Of a stretch of DNA of 64,000 nucleotides, positions 1 through 12,515 are shown piece after piece (position 1 is the first letter of the stretch; each line of letters opens with the position of its first letter). Source of the DNA: Malacoraja senta (taxonomy: Eukaryota); assembly GCA_038087875.1 (NCBI GenBank), contig CM075985.1:40548001-40612000 (forward strand), in the 5' to 3' direction. The notes under the pieces were generated by a model that had not been told where the DNA came from, ran no database searches, and worked only from the letters and a program-made list of their open reading frames with translations. Made by a program: the position numbers and the translations under genes.

Positions 1-132
1 GTATCGTGTGTGTAGGAAGGATCTTCAGATGCTGGTTTAAACTGAAGATAGACACAAAAGGCTGGAGTAACTCAACAGGTCAGACACAATCTAAGGAACA
101 TGTTACGTTTTGGGTTGGGTCTGAAATAGGTT

Positions 133-290
133 CCTGCATACCTTTGGAATGTGGAAGGAAACAAGAGCACCCGGTGAAAACCCATGCGATCAAAGGGTAA
201 AGGAGCAAACTCCATACAGACAGCACCCATATTCAGGATCAATTTCGGATCTCTGGCACTTTTTGGCATCAACTTTATGGCCAGTGTACA
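133..290 (-). mobile_element. HE1/V-SINE-like tRNA-derived SINE, partial
   Basis: Reverse complement of the recurrent SINE body (caaactccatacagacagcaccc, ggagcacccgg..aaaacccatgcg) seen in more than 15 copies in the window. Confidence 0.75.
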
Positions 291-304
291 GCCCCATAGT
301 CTTG

Positions 305-930
305 AACTTAATTAAAACGACAAGTGTTGCATTTCCTGCGGTTGCAAGGGAAAGTGTCAGAAGAGGGGGTAGTTTGGGTGGGAAGGGACGAATTGACCAG
401 GACGTTACGGAGGGAGCGGTCTCTGCGGAAAGCCAACAGGGGAGGAGATGGGAAGATGTGGCCAGTGGTGGGATCCCATTGGTAGACAAAAAAAGCTGGA
501 GAAAATCAGTGGGTAAGGCAGCATCTGTGGAGCGAAGGAATAGACGACGTCTCGGGTCGAGACCCTTCTTCAGATTGATCTTGGGGTGGGAGGTGACATG
601 AAAAAGAAAGGAAGAGGCGGAGACAGTAGGCTGTGGGAGAGCTGGGAATGGGAGGGGAAGGAGGGAGAAAGCAAGGACTACCTGAAATTAGAGAAGCCAA
701 TGTTCATACTGCTGGGGTGTAAACTACCAAAGCAAATATGAGGTGCTGCTCCTCCAATATGCGGTGGGCCTCACTCTGGCCATGGAGGAGGCCCAGGACA
801 GAAAGGTCGGATTCGGAATGGGAAGGGGAGTTGCAGTGTTGAGCCACCGGGAGATCAGGTTGGTTATTGCGAACTGAGTGGAGGTGTTGTGCGAAGCGAT
901 CGCCAAGCCTGCATTTGGTCTCACCGAGGG
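305..930 (-). mobile_element. Penelope-like element fragments (GIY-YIG endonuclease C-terminus, 3' terminus, plus an upstream ORF piece in partial tandem)
   Basis: ORF 704-937(-) GETKCRLGDRFAQHLHSVRNNQPDLPVAQHCNSPSHS..LEEQHLIF resembles the Penelope GIY-YIG region; the terminal repeat with a hammerhead-like motif follows at 546-573. Confidence 0.85.
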
Positions 931-959
931 TGATCATCCGCTGAATAATCCAACCACAA

Positions 960-1300
960 TTTTGTTTGGAGGTGGAAAGAAATAATAGAAATTGTATTCA
1001 TTGCAACGTGTAAAAAGAGTTGAGATACTGTATTATAATTTTGCTCCATGTCCTTGTGGTATATATCATGTCTTGATTGGTGAATATGTTTAGTTTGTGG
1101 CTTTATTTGAAGCTGAAATAATATGTGAGTGCTTCATTGAGCATAACTCAAACTGGTAACTACGCACTTCGTCCAAGCACATTATCGCACGCGTCATGCA
1201 AGCCGTCTTAAATAACCACCTAAACTGTCATTTGGCAACTTAAAAAGCTGCCAAGGTTGCCCGGCTGACATGAGAGAAAAAAATTAAGTGACAGCCCTGC
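960..1300. mobile_element. Possible hAT-like DNA transposon end
   Basis: Ends in aattaagtgacagccctg (reverse complement cagggctgtcac, a CAG-start terminus); no partner TIR found. Confidence 0.25.
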
Positions 1301-2029
1301 AAGGTGTATAATATGTTTGACACTGTCATAGGCCTTACTTGCATATGCTGTCACAGCGCACTGTAGTCTCTAAACAAGCCTTCAGTGGTTTTCCTTGCCC
1401 TCCATTTCAGAATAATAGTGTTTTAAGCCAATAACTCGACACTAGCACTGGCAATAAATAAATAAAGAAATCAATAAAGCGCAGCTTTCCAGCCCCTTAT
1501 CTCATTGGCTACGCTCGGCTGCAAATCTGTGTCAATCTGGTGGACCATCTTCCTCTAGTCGTGGGGGTGCGGAATTGGGGGGGGGGCTCACAAGTGAAAC
1601 GGCTTAGGGCCTCTCTTCATCTAATTCCGGACCTGGTCACACCACCAGTCACACACCTCCAATCAGTGAAGCAACCTTCCACCATCATCCTCTGCTTCCG
1701 TCCATGGAGCCATTTGCTATCCATTCAGCTTTCTCTCCTTGGATCTCATGCGATCAAACCTTCCAGAGCACGGAACCTACCATGCGGAACCTTTTCGAAT
1801 ACCTTACTGAAATCCATGCACACAACATATACAGCTCTGTAGAGCTTCCACAGCTCGAGTTGTGCAAAATGGAGAGCACATTTCCTGTCAGTCAGGCAAT
1901 TTCCATTGAGGCACTAATTGTGTTCAGTGTGTTGGACTGAGGGGGAAAAATGGGATTAATGGATGAGATTAACTTTCTCCAGTTGTTGTGATACACTGTA
2001 AATGGATCGATTGTAATGTGTACGAAGTA

Positions 2030-2215
2030 ACTGCAGATGCTGGTTCAAACTGAAGATAGACACAAAAAAGCTGGAGTAACTCAGCGGGGCAGGCAGCATC
2101 TCTGGAGAGAAGAAATGAAGAAGGATCTCAACCCGAAGCGTCAACAATTCCTTCTCTCCAGAGGTGCTGCATGTCCCATTGAGTTACTCCAACTTTTTGT
2201 GTCTATCTTCGGATC
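2030..2215. repeat. Inverted pair of Penelope terminal repeats (hairpin)
   Basis: Arm 2052-2112 (gaagatagacacaaaaaagctggagtaactc..ctggagagaag) is near-complementary to 2151-2210; the spacer holds a degenerate tgaagaaggatctcaacccgaagcgtc. Confidence 0.8.
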
Positions 2216-2984
2216 GATTGCAATCATATATTAACTTTCTGCTGACTGGTTAGCACACAACAAAAGCTTTTCACTGTAAACAGTTTTCACTGTTTCACAA
2301 TAAACTAAACTGAACTGAGATTATTAATACTTCATACCTGTGCATACACCTGGGCAAATGAATTTTAAAATATTTCTTGACGATAACCTGCTTATGTATT
2401 CAATTGACAGTGGGTGTATTGATTCAATGGTTCAATGGCACTTTATTATCGCATATACCAGGGTTCAGTGAAATTCCATTTTGCATACAGTTCAGTCAAA
2501 CATTTACGATACACAAGGACAATCATAATTTAGTACAAGACTACAGTATAGATTACATTGAGACAATATACAAGAGTTACCACATTTCCACTAACATTTT
2601 GCATAAATCAAAATTCCAAAGTTGTAAACAGTGTAGAGATTTAACTTGACCGTATAACCTATTGCTTTGGTGGTAGCACTGGTTTGGAGTTGCAGGGTTT
2701 AGCCCACAATGTTTGGTATTAGTGTAATATCACAATATCAGGATTATTCTTGCATGGAACAGACACTGATCCACAGCCCCAAATTGAATTTGATATCATG
2801 AATTAATTGGCCATTGTACACTTGGCCTGACATTCCTTATCAAGATTACCAGAAGGGACAACCTGCCCAGTCAATGTTACCTCAAAGTGACTATGTGGTG
2901 AACATGGATTGACTTGGAAGGTTTCCCGAATGATCAGCACACATTGAAATGATAACGCAATCAACTGTTATTCAATGCACAGAT

Positions 2985-3300
2985 ACTTTGTCCAGAGTAG
3001 GGGAATCGAGGACCAGAGGGCATAGGTACAAGGTGAAGAGGAAAAGATTGAATAGGGATCCGAGGGGTAACTTTTTCACACAAAGGGTGGTGGGTGTATG
3101 GAACAACTGCCAGAGGAGGCAGTTGAGGCTGGGACTATCCTATCGTTTAAGAAAAAGGTACATGGATAGGAGAGGTTTGGAGGGATATGGACCAATCACA
3201 GGCAAGTGGGACCAGTGTAACTGGGATATTGGTGGCCGGTGTGGGCGAGTTTGGGCCAAAGGGCCTGTTTCCAAACTGTATCACTCTTTGACTCTATGAT
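2985..3300 (+). mobile_element. CR1 LINE 3' fragment
   Basis: Translation SRTRGHRYKVK..RGNFFTQRVVGVWN is the typical CR1 ORF2 C-terminus. Confidence 0.85.
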
Positions 3301-4329
3301 TCTGTTAATGCAATTAATTAACGACAATCAAGTACATTGTTTGAAGCTGTTCCCATTCCTTATGCAGATACCAAGTAACCCAATCAAGATAACTCAATGT
3401 TAGGTGCCTGGAAAATGTAGAGTACTCACTAAGATCTGGTACTTTAGTGACCTTCCTTCCATTATAAAGTCAATAGTGAGGATGTCTGCTGTTGATTGCA
3501 CAATGCGCAATTTCATTTCCTCATTTATTCACTGCACCACAAGCTTTAACCAGCGACAAAACATACTGCAGATACGTGTCGTCTAGCCCATCAGAACATT
3601 CCAAACTCAACATCTCAAGTACAAGAACAACAAGGTCGGCAGATGTGTGGGAACCTGACCTGGGATCCATCCTGACTTAGAAATGAATCACCGTTTGTTC
3701 ATAATTGAGTTTAGTTTAGAGATATGTCATGCCGGCAGTTAGAAATAAACAGGCCACGAGAGGGTAGGAGACCAGCACAGGGGGGTCAAAGAGGAGGGAG
3801 AATGTTGGATACGGAGGACGATGTTTCACTGGGAGGTGAGGACTCCTTCCCGTAGAAAAATGCTCGGAGGCGGAGGCAACTGAAGAAGAGCTCTACATCA
3901 TGGTGAGCCTGTTCTGTATCAGAATGAAGTCGGGGGGGGACCCCGGAGAGCTTTACCGTACATTGTGGGGACCAGTAGCGTAGAGGTCAATGGCCGGAAA
4001 CTGGGCCTACAAACCATGTGAGTTGAAGTCTTTGGCCGGCTGGTGGCCGGTGAAGAGGCGAGGATCGGCGGAGTCAATGGGCCCACGAGCGGCTAGAGTG
4101 CAGGTAAAGGTTGGCGTTAAACATGGCCTGGAAGCTTTGTGGGCCGATGGTGGCATCTGCAACAGTGTCAGTAGGTCAGGCCTGGAAGCTCCATTAACCA
4201 TTCTTCAGCCCACTTGTTTCGTTGATCAAGATTCAGCTGTAATTTTTGATAAATATGTTCACTGTTTATAATACCAACTACGTCAATGTCATCTGCAAAG
4301 TTTCTAATCATGCTGCACATTTTCATCTA

Positions 4330-4690
4330 AGTCGCTTAAATAAACCACAATCAGCAACGGGCCCTGCACTGATCATTGAGGGACACCTCAAGTCACAGGC
4401 CTCCTGTGTGAAAAGCAACCTTCCACAATCACCCTATGCTTACTTCCATGAACCTGGTTCATTGTTTTGGCAGCTAGTTCTCCCTGAATGCCATGAGCTC
4501 TAATCATCGAGAGAAGCCTACCATGCAGAAACTTATCAAAGGCCTTGCTGAAGATCATATGTACAATGTCTATGACCTAATCATCATCAACCTTCTTGGT
4601 TACTTTTTCCAAAATTATCAGATTGGTGAGGCATGACCTCCCATGTACAAAACCACGCTGACTAGCCCCTGTCTCTACAAATGCATATTT
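4330..4690 (-). mobile_element. Degenerate CR1 RT fragment
   Basis: Minus strand of aacttatcaaaggccttgctgaagatcatatgtacaatgtc reads like the CR1 D-V-I-Y-x-D-F-S-K-A-F-D-K block. Confidence 0.6.
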
Positions 4691-4734
4691 ATCTTATCTC
4701 TCAGAATCCTCTCCAGTAACTTACTTACCACAAG

Positions 4735-5271
4735 GAGGGAGCCCGGAATCCCTTGTTGGGGACCCCCGGAGGAGAAGAGCTCCGACCCGCCGGCCCCCAG
4801 CCTTCGATATCTTGAAGTCGCGGACTGCGGAGCTGCTAGCCGCGGGCGAAGCGCAGATCTACGGACTTACTTACCTTCCGGAGCGGGATCCCTGGCCGAG
4901 AAGAGCTCCGACCGCCGGCCTGCGGCCCACGTCATCTTGAAGCCGCGACCTCTGGTAATGAAGCACCTATTCGGGTCTTACCTTTCAAGTCAAGTCAGGT
5001 CAAGTTTTATTCAGACAAGAGGGCCTGTACATCTGGGCGCCCGTAGCGGCGACTGCAGAGGTTATTGCCCCGACCACGGGGGGAAATGGAAGAGGACTGA
5101 CTGTACCTTTGTGCCGTCCACCATAGTGAAGAATGCTGTGGTGGATGTTTGTGTTAAATTTTTATTGTGTATTGTGTGTTCTTTTTTAATTGTGCCGATG
5201 CTGGCAAGTTCATTTTACTGCTCTTTATTGTGTATGTGATGAATAAATCTGATTGATTGATTGATTGATTG
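4735..5271 (+). mobile_element. CpG-rich non-autonomous retroposon-like element ending in (gatt)n
   Basis: GC/CpG-rich body with an internal duplication (gagaagagctccgac(c)cgccggcc at ~4772 and ~4898); 3' block shared with 14079-14156; aataaa followed by (gatt)5 tail. Confidence 0.6.
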
Positions 5272-5640
5272 TAGGCTCACTGATTTATAGTTTCTAGGTT
5301 TTGCTCTGTAGTCCTTCTTAAATAGATGCACAACATTTGCCAACCTCCAGTCATCCGGCACCTCACCCATGTCTAACAATGATTCATATCTCTCAGTCAG
5401 GGCGCTTGCAATTTCTTCTCTAGCTCTCCACAATGTCCTCAGATATATCTGATCAGGTCTGGGAGAATTATCTACTTTCATATGCTTTGGATGTCCAGCA
5501 TCTCCTCGGCCATAATACGAACTGTCCTCAAGACATCTCCATTTCCCGTTGCAAGCTCCCTCATCTTTAAATCTTTCTTAACAGTAAAAACAGGGGAGAA
5601 ATACACATTGAAGATCTTGCAGCTCCTCACATAGATGACA
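5272..5640 (-). mobile_element. CR1 LINE RT-upstream fragment
   Basis: ORF 5215-5481(-) SPRPDQIYLRTLW..VPDDWRLANVVHLFKK..PRNYKSVSL is a CR1 ORF2 motif. Confidence 0.85.
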
Positions 5641-5744
5641 GCGTTTTTTTTCTGAGGGGCCTTATTCTTTATCATGTTACCCTCATTCCTTTAAGATAGG
5701 AGCGAAGAAGACTGTAACAATTTGTGAAAACTGTCCATCACGGG

Positions 5745-6000
5745 TTCTGACCTCCCCGCCATTGGAGCCTCAAAAAGGCAGCAAGCATCACCACACCCAC
5801 ATCACCCTGGCCACACACTCATTTCACCCCTGCCATGATGTAGAAGGTACAGGAGTCTGAAAACTGTAACGTCAGGTTCAGGAATAACTACTTCCCTACA
5901 TCCTTTAGGCTATTAAACACTACAACCACAAACAAGCTCTTAACAACATAGAATATTATTGTTATTGTTGCACCATTATTGTTTGTTTTTGTGTGCACAT
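5745..6000 (+). mobile_element. Rex1/Babar-like LINE 3' fragment
   Basis: catcaccctggccacacactc..agaaggtacaggagtctgaaaac..ggttcaggaataac..ttccc block recurs at ~33490, ~62170 and ~15110. Confidence 0.6.
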
Positions 6001-6011
6001 ATGAGTGTGTG

Positions 6012-6013
<2 letters not shown>

Positions 6014-6065
<52 letters not shown>
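6014..6065. repeat. (TA)n microsatellite
   Basis: About 26 TA units read directly. Confidence 0.98.
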
Positions 6066-6069
<4 letters not shown>

Positions 6070-7387
6070 CATACACGAATATGATCTGTATATATGTGTA
6101 TTTGTAAGTATGTGTATATATACACACACACTGATTTTTTAATTTCTTGTTTCTTATATTGGTTACAGTGTACTATGTTTACATATTCTGTCGTGCTGCT
6201 GCAAGTAAGAATGTTATTGTTCTATCTAGGACATCTCTATATAACTAAAAGCGTTGGCTTGTTTGTGCCCACGATGTGTCTGTGTGTGTCAATCTGGTTA
6301 ATTCCTATCTTCTTCCTAATGCTAGGCCACAGCCTTCCTATTTTCACACACTTTTCCCGTGGTGGCGATATACATCTTCCCCTCACATTTCCACCTATAT
6401 TTCCGAAGGTATTAATCGTGGAATTTTTAAAAACAGCACGATTTCTTCAAACTCTACCATTTTGGAAACAAAATACGGGTGACTTCACAATGCACTCACA
6501 AGGCAGGACGGGTCGCTCCAGGAGGGACGGGCACTCCAGTGCTCCAAACCTCCCTCCCCCCTCCCCACCCCCCTCCAGTGCACCAATCACAATGGGCTCT
6601 CAAGCTGCCGAGTGCCACACCCCTTGCCCCCACCCCGCCGGGTTATTCATGATTAAAGTTGTTTTTAAAGCCAAACGGGTTGCGTTGGGGGAACGGGTGA
6701 GTGCTGGAATATTGTGTTGGGGGAGCAGACCCAACGGGTCTGCATTTGGTCTAGGATGACAATATAACAATATTGAAACTTGCACGAACATAAAGAATCT
6801 TTCGATTCTTCTTTGCCAGAGTTGACCCCAAAATTGATAAGTATATTCGGTCATGAAAATTGTTGTCTAATATTACCAAATAATGTTGATCAACCGGAAA
6901 AGAATGGAGGTGATTGGATGGGAGGTGAGGGGATGGGGGGGGGGGAGGAATGCCACTTGCAATCTAACTCAGACAAGTGTGATTTGATGAATTTTGGGAA
7001 GTCAAATCAGGGCTGGCCAAATCTATTGCAGGATTGTATATGGAGCTGTATCTTGGTGTACAATTACATAAAAATGGCATCATAGTTTGATAGGGTAGTG
7101 AAGGGGATATATGTCTGAAGAATCGCCTCGACTCAAAACGTCACCCATTCCTTCTCTCCAGAAATATTGCCGCTGAGTCTCTCTAACTTTTTGTGTCTAT
7201 CTTCGGTTTAAATTAGCATCTGCTGTTAATTCCTACACAGAGTATATGTTATGCCTTGTTTCCTCAGCCATGGTACTGAGGACTAGAGTTGGGGTGTCAT
7301 GTTCCAGTTGTACAGAATGTTGAACAGGCAACCATTATTAATCTGTGCTATTTAGGGCCTCAGCTGATTTGTTGCACAATAGACTCT

Positions 7388-7497
7388 AATAGTAAGTTTA
7401 AACGAGAACTTACCAGTTCGAAGTTTTATCTTTATTTTATGAGGAGTAACGTTGAGGGATTACGTGAAGAAGACCCCGTCCAGCCGCACACGCGTCA
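7388..7497 (-). repeat. DIRS-A right ITR plus right extension
   Basis: 7388-7466 is complementary to ICR 7614-7690; 7461-7497 is complementary to the left ITR. Confidence 0.9.
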
Positions 7498-7613
7498 ATC
7501 TTTCAAAGCAGCGGAGTGACAATCACAGACGATAATTACTGAAGTATGATAGTCAGATGCATAAAGACTTAGAACTACCAGCTTGATCCTTTTATGAGGG
7601 TGGGAGCGGAGGG

Positions 7614-7725
7614 CACGTAATCCCTCAACGTTACTCCTCATAAAATAAAGATCAAACTTCAAACTGGTAAGTTCTCGTTTAATCTTACAATTTTACTTCG
7701 GAGTCACGTGAGTGACTACGTGAAG
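7614..7725 (-). repeat. DIRS-A internal complementary region (ICR)
   Basis: Joins the complement of the right extension to the complement of the left terminus (attttacttcggagtcacgtgagtgactacgtgaag). Confidence 0.9.
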
Positions 7726-7890
7726 ATTTCAAAGTTCTGTGATTTCACACCGTGGATTCAAATCCAGGTGTTCACTGCATCGATTGACTCTATTTGAGTA
7801 AGCACAATCAACAATGCATAACCACAACATTTGAATGTAATCAGTTAATGGTTTTATTTATTTTAATAAAAGTAACAAATTTAGGCCCAT

Positions 7891-8882
7891 TTATTGTAAT
7901 GGGGGATTTAATACTGTATCCCGCACGGCATCACCAAACCCTCTGAGATCTTTAGTCTCCTTATGGTAATACTTGTGAAACATCTGTTCACTTGCCCATC
8001 CTGCGGCCGCGAGAATAAGGTCTATTGTCTGAATCCCTGGCCGCTGATGTTGATGCCGCCCTGGTGGAATGAGATTTAAATTTATCAGTATCAATACCTG
8101 AATATCTCAACACCTGTTCAACCATCGTGAAATTGTTTGTGTTGACACTTTCTTATGAGGCTTTTTATGACTAGTAAAAAATGCCAATTCGGTGCCTCTT
8201 AAAACTTTTGTTGTTTCTATGTAACATTTCACATATGTTACTACACAGTCGTGGATCTGTAGGATATGATAAAAAAATCCAACTTGCATCCTGTGAACCT
8301 AGGTCTACTTTGCTTCAGTAAATCATAGACATAGAATGTCACGGCATTTGGCCCTACTTTCATTCTATCAATTCTGAGTTTCTGTAATGTTTGAACTTTC
8401 TGAGCTGAAACTAATGCCATGAGCATAACCAATTTCATGGTGATTTTGGATAATGACAGAGTTTCAACTGGATTCCAATTCCTTAGCAACATCAGTACAT
8501 CTTTTACATTCCAAATTTCTGTATACCTAGGTCTGGGAGGATTAGAGTTCAAAATTCCTTTCATAAACCTACAGACCCAAGGATGTGCTCCTATTGGAGT
8601 TTGTTCTGATTCACTGCTTAAATATGCAGAGAGTGCACTTCGTGCAGTATTAATTGCACTATAATTTAATTTTAATTCATAGTATAGAGTAGAAAGGAAC
8701 TCTATTACATCTGAAATTTCTGCTGGGTTATATGCAATATGTTTCCCTGAACAAAACTCCTCCCATTTCTTTATATAGGAGATGTACTGCTTCTGGGTAC
8801 TATTCCTCCAGGCTGTTGTTATAACATCCACCGTACGGTCTGATAATCCTTTTCCAAGATATGGCCTTCTTAGAATCTGCAT
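7891..8882 (-). pseudogene. DIRS tyrosine recombinase, frameshifted
   Basis: ORFs 8241-8882, 8107-8289, 7891-8094: INTARSALS, PPRPRYTEIWNV, ALVSAQKVQTL (K where the catalytic R is expected), QTISRWL, AAAGWASEQMFHKYY. Confidence 0.9.
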
Positions 8883-9193
8883 TTCAACAAACCAATATGA
8901 TCATGTAAAGGATATGGTTCACCAGTCACAGGGTGTACAAGCAGTTTAATCTGCTTTGGAATAACCATAAGGTTTTTTTTGATTATTTTTAACACCAGTG
9001 GGTACCATAGCTGTTTAGGCCAATCTGGTACTGCCAAAATCCCTGAGGCTGAATCTTGTTTAATTTTCTGTATGCATCTGTGGATTAAACAAAATGGCGG
9101 AAACGCATACAGAAACATACCACCCCAATGTAGCGAGAAAGCATCCACCGCTACTGCTCCAGGATCAGGTTCCCATGACACATACTTAGGCAA
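8870..9193 (-). pseudogene. DIRS C-terminal pol domain (adenine-methyltransferase-like)
   Basis: VDAFSLHW..LYAFPPFCLI..LAVPDWPKQLWYP is the conserved AFPPF block found downstream of RNase H in DIRS. Confidence 0.7.
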
Positions 9194-9593
9194 ACTGGTG
9201 GTTCAAACTTGATGCAAACAGATCAATTTCTGGCATTCCAAATTGTGTGATAATTTGTGTGAATATTTTCCGATTTAACATCCATTCTGTATTATCATTA
9301 AATTTACGTGATCTTTTGTCTGTAATTGTATTAAATTTACCTGGTAAATATATTGCTGACAGCCAAATTTTCCTGGCAATACACCAGGTCCAAATTTCAT
9401 TCGCTAATTTATCACATGATTCTGATTCTATACCACCCATGTGATTTATGTATGCTACAGCTGTAGTATTGTCAACCTGTACCTGAACATGCATATTTCC
9501 CATATCAGTGCAATAAGCTCTAAGGCCGTAAAATGCGCCTAATAGCTCTAGCAAATTGATTCCCACATTTTCCAGCCAAGGTACTTCATTCAC
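9186..9593 (-). pseudogene. DIRS RNase H
   Basis: INLLELLGAF, VQVDNTTAVAYINHMGG, LSAIYLPGKFNTITDKRSR, PEIDLFAS. Confidence 0.92.
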
Positions 9594-9943
9594 ATTCCAC
9601 CTACCTCCACAGCTGGAAATCGTGTTAGTAGCGCCGCAACCCAGCGCACTTACGTTAGTATGTAGAGTGACGGAAGGTGTTTCTACCAGAACTTTTCTGG
9701 AAGCATTAGGAACATTGTTAATCCACCATTCTATTTCTGTAATGGATTAAATTGTTAATTTCATGGGCCTGTCAAAATGCCCTCTATTCATTTTTAACGC
9801 TTGTACCTTAGCTCTCTGTAAACATTGATAATGCAATGGTCCAAACGTGACCGCTGGAAACCCTGCAATTAATTTGCCTAGCAAGCTTGCCACTTCTCTA
9901 ATTGAAGGTGTGTCCTCGTTAATGAGTTTTATGCAACCTTCAA

Positions 9944-10660
9944 TTAACTGCAGCTTTTATCTTTTGGCAAAGTGATTACCATGTGTTCGGAGTTAATTGT
10001 GAACCATAGGTAATCAATCTTTTTGCTTGGTAACAATTTAGATTTTTGTAGGTGACTAACGAAACCTAATTTCTCAAAAATGTATTTGACTCTGGATACT
10101 GACAATTTTGCAGCAGCCAAAGTGTCCCCTACAATGAGGATATCCTCTAAATAAGCCATTAATACATGGCCCTCAGCTCTTAACAGAGCTAAAATTGGTT
10201 TGAGCAATTTAGTGAATAATCTTGGTGCTGAAATCAGACCATTGGGCAATGCTTTAAATTGCCATAACTGACTCATCCATCTAAATTTCAAATATCTTTG
10301 ATCTTTACCATGCATTGCCACGGAATAATATGCATCTTGCAGATGTATGCTTGCCATGTAGCAATTTTCTGTGATTAGCTGAATTGCATTAGTAAATGTT
10401 TTCATTTTGAAATGTTTGTATTGTACATAAAGGTTAAGATTTGTCAGATCCAATATGATTCTACATCCACCATCCTTTTTTGTTCTTGGAAAAATATTTG
10501 ATACAAACTGATGGTGTTGTTCTACTGACTTCTCTATTACCCCCTTTTTGGTTAAAGTTTCTAATTCTCCTTTGATCAACGTATTCTCTTCTTTTGAGAA
10601 AATTCGTGACCAGTTTGAATTTGCTTGCCTTGCAGGATCCAAATGTGGATAGAAACTCAA
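9944..10660 (-). pseudogene. DIRS reverse transcriptase
   Basis: KKDGGCRIILDL, HFKM, SIHLQDAYYSV, LPNGLISAPRLFTKLLKP, YLEDIL (YLDD motif mutated). Confidence 0.95.
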
Positions 10661-10712
10661 TTTTGAATCCTACAATGCTATTTAGAATAAAAGAATCATT
10701 TGTTATTAACCG

Positions 10713-12277
10713 TCATTCTTTTAGGAAGAATCGTAACCTTCCCCCTACTTGTGAATGTGAAATATTTATTGTATTCCTTACCAGACCAGGACCCCCTACC
10801 TCGAGGTTTGCCACCGGCAATTGTCCGCTTCTGGTAGGCACATTGTAACCTCCACGTACCCCCGGTGCAGCACGCCAACGTGTATACGAGAATGGTCGGC
10901 TTGTTCCTTCTCCAGCACCAGTATTCCGCCTGTAGGGATACTGCCTTCGCACCGCTCTGCTCATCATCGGTGGTTTCATCATCATGCCACTCAAGTTTCT
11001 TGACTCTTCATTCAAGTCCTTTTAGCTTCTTTGCTAGATTTTCTCCAAACAGCTGCTTAGGCATTTGTATGTTGTTTGGTTTGCAGAGCCCTGCATACTT
11101 AGGATGAATATTTGGTCTTATTGCATTTTTACGAATATAATTTATTTCAAAAATGTGCATCACACATCAGTGCTAGAGCATCTTGTTGTGAATCTGATAC
11201 ATAATCATCATCCAAACCTCTGGCAAATGCCGTGATGCCTGACCCCAGCAATTTCAATATATGTTTCAATTTCAATTCTTGTGAGCGTAAACCAATGCTC
11301 AAATAACCCCAAATCAAGTTATTTACTGCTGGAACTGTCAGCAATTCACAATTTGCTGGGGCCTCGTACTGTTTCAGTCTCATCCATAGTTACTTCCTGG
11401 AGCTGATGGGAGAGTAGATAGTTTATATTCATTGCTATTTCCTCCCTCAAAGGTTCCCCCTTAATCTAGGAACAGCAAACTTTTGTGCTAGTCCAGGAAC
11501 TTTCAGCTCTGATAATGGGCTCTCATCCTCATAGAATTCATCTTCTGAATCTAGATGTTCCTATTCAGGTTTGGTAAATTCTGGCTCCCCTGTTTCAGGT
11601 AAGTCTATGCCAGATTCCTCATGCGCGGGCTCTCTTATAGGCCCACGGATAGGCAGCCCTGTTTCAGGTGCTGCTGGCGCTGGCTCAACTCTAGGCCAAC
11701 GCTTCATAATTTTCCCTTTAGGAACTTTCGGTGCTGGCACATAAGTACGTTTGTACTGTCTTTTTTGAGACATTTCTGGTACTGGCTCTTCAGTAGGCCA
11801 GCACATATACTGCCCTTTTCCAGGCATTTCTGGCACTGGCTCTCCTGTAGGCCAACCACTGTAATACCTTTGCACAGTCATTTCTGATGGCTTTCCTGTA
11901 GGCCACCCTTGTGCCTGTCCCAACCAAGGCACACCCTGTGCTGTATCCTCCATTGGCCAACACCGACCTGATTCCTCCTGTGGGGGTTCTTTGTAAATCC
12001 CCATCAGGAGCTCTAAACTGGCGACCCTTGCAGCCATAACGTTTTCTGCTGAAGGAGGGTATACCTCCGGGTCTGACTCTCCCGAGTCTACAGGTCGGGC
12101 CGACTTTTGTCCAGCCTTGCGCCCCGCCACCGGCGGTTTAACGGCACATTCGACCGTAACGGGAGTTGATGGCTTCGATGCCACTGCCTCCTCTTCCTGA
12201 CGCCCGCTACCCTTAGCATCGGGGGTTTTACCTGCGGTGCGTCCCTGGCCTCTCCTTCCCCTACGCTCTTTCTCCAT
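10713..12277 (-). pseudogene. DIRS gag-like ORF1, interrupted
   Basis: ORFs 11561-12277, 11147-11383 (YEAPANCELLTVPAVNNLIW) and 10713-11015 lie between the left ITR and RT. Confidence 0.75.
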
Positions 12278-12329
12278 TATGAGTTTGTGTGGACATCTGC
12301 CAACACGTCTGAGCAGGAAGAAAAGCGCC

Positions 12330-12391
12330 CTGTAAGTAAAAACGAAACCACTTACCTTGTCCGATTTTTACTTTAAATTTGCTTTACTCAC
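12330..12391 (-). other. Putative 62-nt GT-AG intron in the DIRS-A 5' leader
   Basis: gctcctccagcg|GTGAGT ... tttcgtttttacttacAG|g, upstream of the gag ATG at 12277. Confidence 0.55.
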
Positions 12392-12451
12392 CGCTGGAGG
12401 AGCTCCTGCTCCTCCACACACGGTCATGAACGCTATGGGTCTGATCGATAA

Positions 12452-12515
12452 TGACGCGTGTGCGGCTGGACGGGGTCTTCTTCACGTAGTCGCTCACGTG
12501 ACTCCGAAGTAAAAT
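12452..12515 (-). repeat. DIRS-A left ITR
   Basis: tgacgcgtgtgcggctggacggggtcttcttcacgtagtcgctcacgtgactccgaagtaaaat. Confidence 0.9.

Larger units (their letters stand above)
7388..12515 (-). mobile_element. DIRS1-like tyrosine-recombinase retrotransposon (DIRS-A), full-length structure, coding decayed
   Basis: gag, RT, RNase H, MT-like and YR remnants in order on -; 37-nt perfect ITR complement 12452-12488 vs 7461-7497; ICR 7614-7725; AAT at both ends. Confidence 0.95.

Noticed and set aside
6094-6759. 221-aa ORF
   Set aside because: Spans a microsatellite flank, a LINE tail and a C-rich tract, with no homology signal or splice structure
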